A DNA stretch of 60,121 nucleotides, filler included. It is 7 parts of 7 records of this genome, joined end to end, with 100 filler letters (N's around TTAATTAATTAA, not from the genome) between each part and the next. Parts side by side here need not be neighbours in the genome. Positions count along the whole stretch, not along the records: positions 44,916 to 53,876 come from SRR31156797_43479; positions 53,977 to 60,121 come from SRR31156797_43524; 5 more parts are not named here. One strand, 5' to 3'. Below the pieces are notes generated by a model. The model worked only from the letters and a program-made list of their open reading frames with translations. It made no database searches and had not been told where the DNA came from. Positions within the stretch are counted from its first letter, which is position 1. Each line of letters opens with the position of its first letter. A program made the position numbers and the translations under genes. This document shows positions 52,550-60,121 of this stretch, in pieces.

Positions 52550-53876
52550 ATGGCAGTTGAGAGCAAAAATATGATTTTATTACCTGAGGAAGCAGACAGA
52601 ATAGTAAACGCAACATTAGCAGATCCGTTTCTATTTTTAGGAATGCACAAATTAAATGATACTCAGGTGGTTGTGAGGGTATATAACCCAGAGGCGAAGT
52701 CAGTAATGTTTTATTCTGACAAAGTGAACAAGGAGCTTACGAAAGTTGATGAAAGAGGGCTTTTCGAAGAAGTTATTGATTCAAACGAAGTTTTTAAATA
52801 TGAAGTAGAGTTTGAATATTTTGTTGGCGGAAAATTCAGGACAAAAGATCCTTATGCATTTTTACCTGTATTAACAGAGTATGATTTATACTTGTTTAAC
52901 GAAGGTAACCATCATAAAATCTATGAAAAACTAGGAGCTCATGTTATGACACATGAGGGCGTAGAAGGGACAAACTTCGCAGTTTGGGCACCTGAAGCTG
53001 AGAGAGTAAGTGTGGTTGGATCATTCAATAACTGGGATGGTAGAGTTCACGCAATGAGACTTCTTGGATCTACAGGAGTATGGGAAATTTTCATTCCTGG
53101 ATTAGCAGAAGGAGATATGTATAGATTTGAGGTTAAGACAAAAGATGGAAACAGAGTTCTTAAATCAGATCCATATGCATTCTTTACAGAAAAAAGACCT
53201 GCAAATTCTTCGGTTATTTATGATATCGAAGGAAAATATGAGTGGGAAGATAGTGAGTGGATAACAAACAGAGCTAAAACTAATTGGCTTGAAAAACCAA
53301 TGTCAGTTTATGAAGTTCATTTTGGTTCTTGGATGAAAACAGAGGATAATGAATTCTTAAGTTATAATGACATTGCAGACAAATTATTAGATTTCGTACT
53401 TGAAAATAACTATACACATATAGAAGTAATGCCACTGGCGGAACATCCATTAGATGAATCATGGGGATATCAGGTTACTGGATACTTCTCATGTACTAGT
53501 AGATTTGGTAAGCCGCATGAATTTATGGCTCTAGTAGACAGAATGCATCAGAACGGCATAGGGGTAATTATGGACTGGGTACCAGGACATTTCCCTAAAG
53601 ATGAGCATGGACTTGCAAGATTTGACGGATCAGCTCTATATGAACATGCAGATCCTAGACAGGGAGAACATCAGGATTGGGGAACATATATTCCTAACTA
53701 CGGAAGAAACGAAGTTAAGAACTTCCTAATCTCAAATGCACTATTCTGGATGGATAAATTCCATATAGATGGATTAAGAGTAGACGCGGTTGCATCAATG
53801 TTATATCTTGATTACTCGAGAAATGACGGAGAATGGGTACCAAATAAATTTGGTGGAAGAGAAAACCTTGAAGCAA
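52550..53876 (+). CDS. glgB: 1,4-alpha-glucan branching enzyme, truncated by contig end
   Basis: FAVWAP, YEVHFGSW, SWGYQ, DWVPGHFP, DGLRVDAVASMLYLDYSR. Confidence 0.96.
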
Positions 53877-53976
53877 NNNNNNNNNNNNNNNNNNNNNNNN
53901 NNNNNNNNNNNNNNNNNNNNTTAATTAATTAANNNNNNNNNNNNNNNNNNNNNNNNNNNNNNNNNNNNNNNNNNNN
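53877..53976. other. Artificial contig linker
   Basis: N44-TTAATTAATTAA-N44. Confidence 0.99.
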
Positions 53977-53977
53977 C

Positions 53978-54853
53978 CTTGGGGTTGAAAAACTCAAGGA
54001 TACGGGATTCGGCGGCCTGCCGAGCTTCACCGGCTCCAACGCGGGCAGCCTCACCTGGCAGTGGTTCCCCAACATGACGGCGCCGGGCTCCTTCGCCCAG
54101 CTGGCCTCCGCCTACGGTGCCAAGTACAAGATCGCGGACAAGGATATCAAGCGGGCCATGGCCCACATCTCCACCAAGAGCCATGCCAATGGCGTGAAAA
54201 ACCCCAAGGCCCACCTCAGAAAAGAGGTGACCATGGAGCAGGTGATGGGATCGCCCATCATTGCCCATCCCCTGGGCCTGTTTGACTGCTGCGGCGTGAG
54301 CGACGGATCCGCCTGCGCCATCGTGACCACCCCCGAAATTGCAAAAAAACTCGGGAAGAAGGATTTCGTCACGGTCAAGGCCCTCCAGCTGGCCTTGAGT
54401 TCCGGCGAGGAGATGGGGTTCAACGAGTGGGACGGCGACCATTTCATGACCACCACCCGTTGCAGCACCAAGGCCTATGAAGAGGCCGGCATCACCGATC
54501 CCAGGAAGGAAATCAGCATGATGGAGGTCCACGACTGCTTCTCCATCACCGAGCTTGTCACCATGGAGGATCTCCACATCTCCGAGCGGGGCCAGGCGGT
54601 CAAGGACGTTCTTGAGGGGGTCTACGACGCGGACGGCGAGGTGCCCTGCCAGATCGACGGCGGCCTCAAGTGCTTTGGCCATCCCATCGGCGCCTCGGGC
54701 CTGCGGATGCTCTATGAAATGTACCTCCAGCTCAACGGCCGGGCCGGGGAGCGCCAGCTGGAAAATCCCAAGTACGGACTGACCCATAACCTGGGCGGGT
54801 TCCCCAGCATGAACGTGTGCAGCATTTCCATTGTCGGCAAGTATGACGGTTAA
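53978..54853 (+). CDS. SCP2-type thiolase family protein, 5' truncated
   Basis: Frame open from contig start (LGVEKLKDTG); DCCGVSDG, EVHDCF, GHPIGASG, HNLGG. Confidence 0.92.
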   Translation, partial: LGVEKLKDTGFGGLPSFTGSNAGSLTWQWFPNMTAPGSFAQLASAYGAKYKIADKDIKRAMAHISTKSHANGVKNPKAHLRKEVTMEQVMGSPIIAHPLGLFDCCGVSDGSACAIVTTPEIAKKLGKKDFVTVKALQLALSSGEEMGFNEWDGDHFMTTTRCSTKAYEEAGITDPRKEISMMEVHDCFSITELVTMEDLHISERGQAVKDVLEGVYDADGEVPCQIDGGLKCFGHPIGASGLRMLYEMYLQLNGRAGERQLENPKYGLTHNLGGFPSMNVCSISIVGKYDG

Positions 54854-54863
54854 CCGACGCTTC

Positions 54864-54938
54864 CATTTGCATCGCCGGAAGTTACGGCGATGCAAATGAC
54901 GAATATACGGCAAAGGACCGGCCAGGCCGCCGGTCCTT
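54864..54938. terminator. Two tandem GC-rich hairpins after thiolase
   Basis: 14-bp stem CATTTGCATCGCCG/CGGCGATGCAAATG and 10-bp stem AAGGACCGGC/GCCGGTCCTT; no clear U-tract. Confidence 0.5.
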
Positions 54939-55056
54939 CATATAACTTTTCGCACTCGAATTGATGCCTGTTCCACCTGTTGCGATACAAAACGGGTGCC
55001 ATTCATATGCGAAGCAACAATCCGGCTTGGGTGTTTGCACCAGGCAAGGAGGAGAT

Positions 55057-56718
55057 ATGGCAGGACAATTGATCAAAGGCTTCCCGTCAACGTCCGGGGA
55101 CGATTTCCAGTTGAACACCATTACCCTGCTCAAGCATGCTGATGCTACCTATCCCGAAGTTGAGATCGTCGACCGGAACCTGGACGGTTCCATGTTTCGC
55201 TACACATACAAAGATGCCTACACCAGGGTAAAGCGGCTTGCCAACGCCCTGAAGCGCCTGGGGATCAAACCCGGGGACCGGGTGGGGGTGATGGAGATCA
55301 ACACCCACCGGTTTTTTGAACTCTATTTCGCCATCTCGGGCCTGGGGGCCGTGTTGGTCCAGATCAATCCCAGGATATCCGACCATGACCGGGCCTATGT
55401 GATGAACCATGCCGGGGTGAGCTTTCTCTTTGTCAACGAGCTCCTGGTTTCCCTGGTGGAGCCCTTTGCCCACAAACTGGAACAGGTGAAGGGATACGCC
55501 ATCATCACGGACAACCCCCTTGACCGGGTTACCACGACGCTGTCTCCCAAGGTGAGCTATGAGGAGATCCTGGCGGCGGAATCCGACGACTGCCAATGGG
55601 AGATGATCGACGAGACGTCCGCCTTCAGCGCCTGCTACACCTCCGGCACCACGGGCCTGCCCAAGGGGGTGTTCTATTCCCACCGGGCCATCTATCTTCA
55701 CACCATGACTGCGGCCGCCAACCTCAAGATCGATTCCAGGGACGTGGTGATGCAGACCGTTCCCATGTTCCATTGCCATGGATGGGGATTTTTCTTTGCC
55801 GCGGCCATGGTGGGGGCAAAGCTTGTATTTCCGGGGCTCTACACGGCCGAGACCACCCATGTGCTGGTGGATCTCATGGTGTCGGAAAAGGTCACGGTGA
55901 ACAACGGGGCTCCAGCCATCTTCCTGCCCATGCTCGAGTATATCAAGACCCTGGATGTTCGTCCGGATTTCACCGGCCTTCGCATGGCCTCGGGGGCGAC
56001 CGAGCCCTCGCTCGCTTTGATGCAAGGGTTCTGGGAGCTGGGCGGGGCCGAGATCGTCCATGCCTACGGCGCCACCGAAACCGCCCCCTTTGTCACGGCC
56101 AACCTGCGGAAGCCCTCCCTTGACACGCTTTCCGATGGGGAAAAGTGGGAGCTGAAAAAGAAGCAGGGGCTGCCCGTGGCGGGCCTGGATTTCAGGATCG
56201 TGGATTTTGAGGGAAACGAGGTGCCCCACGACGGCACCACCGTGGGAGAGGTCCTGGTGCGGGGACCCTGGATCACCAGTTCCTACTACAACGACGAGCG
56301 GACAAAGGATTCCTTTGTGGACGGATACTGGAAGAGCGGGGACGGGGGAACCATTGACGAAAATGGGTTCTTCAAGATCGCGGACCGGTTCAAGGACATG
56401 ATCAAGAGCGGGGGGGAGTGGATTTCCTCCATCGACCTTGAAAACGCCATCATGGGCCATGACGGGGTGCTTGAGGCCTCGGTGGTGGGCATCCCCCATT
56501 CCAAGTGGGAGGAGCGGCCCCTGGCCCTTGTGGTCCGGCAGGAGGGGGATTGTGAAGAGGCGCAGTTGAAAGAGGAAATCTACGGGTTGCTGACCGAAAA
56601 GTTCGCCCGCTGGCAGTTCCCGGATGAGATCGTTTTTGTGCAGGAAATTCCCAAGACCAGTGTGGGGAAATTTTCCAAAAAGGATATCCGGGCCGCCTAT
56701 CAGGACTTTTACATGTGA
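55057..56718 (+). CDS. Fatty-acid--CoA ligase (DmdB/AlkK-like)
   Basis: YTSGTTGLPKGV, VPMFH..GWG, AYGATET, DRFKDMIKSGGEWISS, PKTSVGK; RBS AAGGAGG. Confidence 0.93.
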   Translation: MAGQLIKGFPSTSGDDFQLNTITLLKHADATYPEVEIVDRNLDGSMFRYTYKDAYTRVKRLANALKRLGIKPGDRVGVMEINTHRFFELYFAISGLGAVLVQINPRISDHDRAYVMNHAGVSFLFVNELLVSLVEPFAHKLEQVKGYAIITDNPLDRVTTTLSPKVSYEEILAAESDDCQWEMIDETSAFSACYTSGTTGLPKGVFYSHRAIYLHTMTAAANLKIDSRDVVMQTVPMFHCHGWGFFFAAAMVGAKLVFPGLYTAETTHVLVDLMVSEKVTVNNGAPAIFLPMLEYIKTLDVRPDFTGLRMASGATEPSLALMQGFWELGGAEIVHAYGATETAPFVTANLRKPSLDTLSDGEKWELKKKQGLPVAGLDFRIVDFEGNEVPHDGTTVGEVLVRGPWITSSYYNDERTKDSFVDGYWKSGDGGTIDENGFFKIADRFKDMIKSGGEWISSIDLENAIMGHDGVLEASVVGIPHSKWEERPLALVVRQEGDCEEAQLKEEIYGLLTEKFARWQFPDEIVFVQEIPKTSVGKFSKKDIRAAYQDFYM

Positions 56719-56821
56719 ATCAACCGTAACTCAATTTTCAACGCTGGCAAGGCCGGTTGTTTTTGAACGGGCCGGGCCGGCGTCCGTAAGTTGATTCAAC
56801 CTCATTCAAAGGAAGGCAACC

Positions 56822-58480
56822 ATGATTTTAGCATCGATGGATACCATAAAGCAGTATACCGATACCGGGGTCTACTCCCATGATACCCTCCATGACCATT
56901 TCCTGAAGAGCGCTGACAAGGAGCCGGACAGAATCTGTGTGACGGATCCGCCCAACCGGAAGGATTTCACCGGGGACGAGCCCGAACGCCTCACCTATAG
57001 TGAGTTTTCCAGGGCCGTGGATGCCGTTGCCGAGGGGCTGGTCAACCTTGGGGTGAAAAAGGATGACATCATCATGGTCCAGCTGCCCAACACCTGGGAG
57101 CTTGCCATGCTCTATCTTGCCGTCTCCAGAAGCGGTGCTATCATCTCCCCGGCCCCGGTGCTGTGGCGGGAGGCGGAGATGGGACATATCGCCCGGACAA
57201 CCGAGGCAAAGCTATTCATCACGGTGGAGGAGTTCAACAATTTTAATCACCGTGCCATGGGCGAATCGATCCGGTCCAACATCCCGGCAATGGACAAGGT
57301 GCTCACCCTGGACGAGATCCGGGAGATGTCAAAAGGGCCCGTCACCGGCATCCTCGATGAAATCCCGGTGGACGCCAACGATATCTTCACCATTTGCTGG
57401 ACCTCGGGAACAGAAGCCCGGTCAAAGGGGTGTCCCCTGAGCCACAACAACTGGGCCGGCATGGCAGTGGTCCAGGATGCCGCGGGCTTTCATCCGGGGG
57501 ATGTGATGATGACGGCAGGGCCCCTGGTGAACATGGGGGCCGTGGGCACGGTGCTGATCCCCTGGATGGTGCTGGGCGGCACCCTGGTGCTCCACCATCC
57601 CTTTGATCCCGTGGGGTTCATGACCCAGATCATGACCGAGCGGCCCAACTACACCCTCATGGTGCCGGCCCTGGCCAACATGATCGCAAAGCATCCCAGC
57701 GTGGATTCCTTTGACCTGACCTCCTTCCGGTCCATCACCATGGGATCGGCCCCGCCCTCCCTGTGGACCATGGAGGAGTTCAAGAAACGCTGGGACATCG
57801 ACATCGGAAACATCTGGGGCCAGAACGAGGGCACGGGATTCATCGCGGGCACGGCGGATATCCCGGACATGGCCACCCGGGCCACCTCGTTTCCCCATTA
57901 CGGCAAGCCCGGGGTGGTGTGGAAATCCGCGGCCAGCCGCCATGTCCAGGTGAAGATCCTGGGTCCCGACGACCGGGCTCTGACCGAAGTGGGGGAGGTG
58001 GGGGAACTTGTCTACAAGGGACCCGGGGTGATTGCCGGTTATTTCAAGAATCCCGAAGCCACGGAACGAAGCTTCACCGAAGACGGGTTCTTCAGGACCG
58101 GCGACCTGTTCCGCATTGAAGAGAATGACATGATCTCCTTTTTCGAGCGGGCCAAGGATATCATCATCCGGGGCGGTTTCAATATCAGCTCCCAGGAGAT
58201 CGAGAACTATATCCTGGGCCATCCCACTGTCCAGGACGCGGCCGTGGTGGGCATGGCGGACGAAACCCTTGGGGAGCGCATGTGCGTCTATGTGACGCCG
58301 GCCCCGGGAGAGACCCTGTCCCTGGAATCCCTGACGGAGTTTTTAACTGAAAAGGGCGTGGCCCGCTACAAGCACCCGGAACGGCTGGAGATCATCGACG
58401 CCATCCCGCGAAATCCCGTGGGCAAGGTGCTCAAGAAGGAATTGAGGCAGGACATCAAAGAAAAATTAACGACGGAGTAG
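56822..58480 (+). CDS. Class I adenylate-forming enzyme (acyl/aryl-CoA ligase)
   Basis: WTSGTEARSKG, WGQNEG, FRTGDL, RAKDIIIRGG, PRNPVGK. Confidence 0.9.
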   Translation: MILASMDTIKQYTDTGVYSHDTLHDHFLKSADKEPDRICVTDPPNRKDFTGDEPERLTYSEFSRAVDAVAEGLVNLGVKKDDIIMVQLPNTWELAMLYLAVSRSGAIISPAPVLWREAEMGHIARTTEAKLFITVEEFNNFNHRAMGESIRSNIPAMDKVLTLDEIREMSKGPVTGILDEIPVDANDIFTICWTSGTEARSKGCPLSHNNWAGMAVVQDAAGFHPGDVMMTAGPLVNMGAVGTVLIPWMVLGGTLVLHHPFDPVGFMTQIMTERPNYTLMVPALANMIAKHPSVDSFDLTSFRSITMGSAPPSLWTMEEFKKRWDIDIGNIWGQNEGTGFIAGTADIPDMATRATSFPHYGKPGVVWKSAASRHVQVKILGPDDRALTEVGEVGELVYKGPGVIAGYFKNPEATERSFTEDGFFRTGDLFRIEENDMISFFERAKDIIIRGGFNISSQEIENYILGHPTVQDAAVVGMADETLGERMCVYVTPAPGETLSLESLTEFLTEKGVARYKHPERLEIIDAIPRNPVGKVLKKELRQDIKEKLTTE

Positions 58481-58486
58481 GCAAAT

Positions 58487-59641
58487 ATGGATTTTGAACT
58501 CACCAAGTCCCAGAAACAGATTCAAAAGGCTGCAAAGGATTTTGCAAAGGGCGAGTTTGACAAGGACACGCTGCTCACACTGGAAAAAGAGAACCGCTTT
58601 CCCCGGGCCATCTGGGAAAAGGCCAGCGACCTTGGGTTTGTGGGGATTCACTTTGACGACGAGTTTTCCGGTACGGGCCTTGGGCTTTTGGAGAACGTGC
58701 TGCTGGCCGAAGCGTTCTGCGCAAAGGATTCCAGTGCGGGGGCGGCCCTGATGCTCGCCTCCCACGGGTCCGAGATGCTTCTCAGGGCCGGTTCCAGGGA
58801 GCAAAAGGAAACCTTCCTGCCCAGGGTGGCCGAAGGGGAGCTGATCTCCTCCGCCGCCCTGAGGGAACCCCAGACCGGCTACGGGGTCGCCACCATCGCA
58901 ACCACGGCATCCCTGGAGAACGATCAATGGATCATCAACGGGGAAAAGGCCTGGGTGACCAACGGCGGGGAGGCCGGGTTTTACCTCGTGCTCTGTGTCA
59001 CCGATCCCAATGCCGCGCCAGAAAAGGCCATGGGCCTCTTTCTCGTGGAAAAGGACTGCCCCGGCATTACCGTCACCGATTCGGGCAGAAAGCTCGGCTG
59101 CTGCATGGTGAAGACCGCCGGTATCAAATTTGACAATGTTGCCGTGCCCCTCTCGAATCTCGTGGGGAAAAAGGGCGCGGGCCTCGGCCTGGTGGAAGGG
59201 TTCCGGAACGAGCAGCGGATCACGGCGGCCGGCATCGCCCTTGGCACGGCCCAGGGCGCCCTTGACAGGGCGGTTGCCTATGTCCGGGAGCGGGAGCAGT
59301 TCGGCAGGAAGATCGCGCGGTTTGAAGCCCTGCAGCACAAGATCGCCGTCATGGCGACAAAGGTCGAGCTGGCAAGGCTTGCCACCTACAAGGCCGCCGC
59401 CAATTACGACAAGGGCCGGACCGGTGCGGCCGAGACCTGCATGGCCCTGGAGGCTGCCGCAAGCGCTGCCGAGGCCGTTGCCGACGAGTCCATCCAGCTC
59501 CACGGCGGCTCCGGGTACATCACGGAGACCGGGGTTGAGCAGTTCTACAGGGATGCGAAATTCATCGGGATCCATGACAGCAACCAGGGGCTGAGGCTCG
59601 GTTCCATTGCAAACCACGTGATAGGAAAATTAAAGGGGTAA
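58487..59641 (+). CDS. Acyl-CoA dehydrogenase family protein with degenerate motifs
   Basis: INGEKAWVTNG, REQFGRKI..F, IQLHGG.GY, YRDAK; LREPQTGYG in place of LTEP.AGSD and IHDS in place of IYEG. Confidence 0.88.
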   Translation: MDFELTKSQKQIQKAAKDFAKGEFDKDTLLTLEKENRFPRAIWEKASDLGFVGIHFDDEFSGTGLGLLENVLLAEAFCAKDSSAGAALMLASHGSEMLLRAGSREQKETFLPRVAEGELISSAALREPQTGYGVATIATTASLENDQWIINGEKAWVTNGGEAGFYLVLCVTDPNAAPEKAMGLFLVEKDCPGITVTDSGRKLGCCMVKTAGIKFDNVAVPLSNLVGKKGAGLGLVEGFRNEQRITAAGIALGTAQGALDRAVAYVREREQFGRKIARFEALQHKIAVMATKVELARLATYKAAANYDKGRTGAAETCMALEAAASAAEAVADESIQLHGGSGYITETGVEQFYRDAKFIGIHDSNQGLRLGSIANHVIGKLKG

Positions 59642-59643
59642 TT

Positions 59644-60120
59644 ATGGAGATATTGAAATTCACCGAGGAACATGAGGCTTTCAGGGCGCGGCTCCGGCGA
59701 TTTTTGGACGAGGAGGTGGTGCCCCTGATTCCCCAGTGCGAACAAGCGCATCTCACTCCCAAAAGCATGTGGAAGAAGATGGGGACCAATGGTTTCCTGT
59801 GTCCCACGGTACCGGTTGAGTACGGGGGGCCGGGCCTTGATTTCCTCTACTCCGTGATCGTCAACGAAGAGATGGCAAGGGTCAGTTTCACCGGGCTTGC
59901 CGCCGGGCTCCACAGCGACATCGTGGTTCCTTACATCTCCGCCTACGGCAACGAGCGCCAGAAAAAGTACTATCTTCCGGAATGCGTCTCCGGGGATATC
60001 ATTGCGGCCGTGGCCATGACCGAGCCGGACGCGGGAAGCGATGTCGCCTCCATGGGCACCACGGCGGTGGAGGATGGAGACGAGATCGTGATCAACGGGT
60101 CCAAGACCTTTATCTCCAAC
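59644..60120 (+). CDS. Acyl-CoA dehydrogenase, cut by window edge
   Basis: Absent from ORF track; manual translation MEILKFTEEHEAFR...EYGG...AMTEPDAGSD...INGSKTFISN. Confidence 0.92.
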   Translation, partial: MEILKFTEEHEAFRARLRRFLDEEVVPLIPQCEQAHLTPKSMWKKMGTNGFLCPTVPVEYGGPGLDFLYSVIVNEEMARVSFTGLAAGLHSDIVVPYISAYGNERQKKYYLPECVSGDIIAAVAMTEPDAGSDVASMGTTAVEDGDEIVINGSKTFISN

Positions 60121-60121
60121 G

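Overview
The window is not one locus. It is seven unrelated contigs joined by 100-nt linkers (N44-TTAATTAATTAA-N44), so gene context is valid only within a contig. Taxon labels below are inferred from base composition and protein type. (1) 1-13458, high-GC alphaproteobacterium-like: FAD oxidase / FadR-type regulator / Fe-alcohol dehydrogenase with an operator palindrome, DUF3179, VWA + Pam18-like J-protein, shikimate dehydrogenase-like enzyme, an acidic hypothetical behind sigma54-like sites, and galU-ugd-pgm-pmm. (2) 13559-19514, low-GC diderm: cobalamin riboswitch + TonB receptor, GTAG-type REP pair, LctBCD-like Etf/FAD dehydrogenase. (3) 19615-26912, Desulfobacterota-like: alpha-2-macroglobulin + PBP1C. 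(4) 27013-32274, Bacteroidota-like: GH78 rhamnosidase, degenerate M23-like protein, DUF4268, SRPBCC. (5) 32375-44815, alphaproteobacterium-like: Cache receptor, Cache hybrid kinase, an uncharacterised three-gene module, GFA, SDR, ybaK, Mo-oxidoreductase, csp, Cys-rich PAS kinase, MITE-like end. (6) 44916-53876, very AT-rich: Ser/Thr kinase-ATPase-GAF-GGDEF, YjjG, CvfB, glgB. (7) 53977-60121, Desulfobacterota-like: thiolase, two CoA ligases, two acyl-CoA dehydrogenases. The best candidate for an undescribed system is 36351-38536: a small divergent ORF, an XRE-HTH/unknown/PAS-like regulator, and a translationally coupled GNAT/LuxI-like protein. All calls come from motif reading, with no database searches run.
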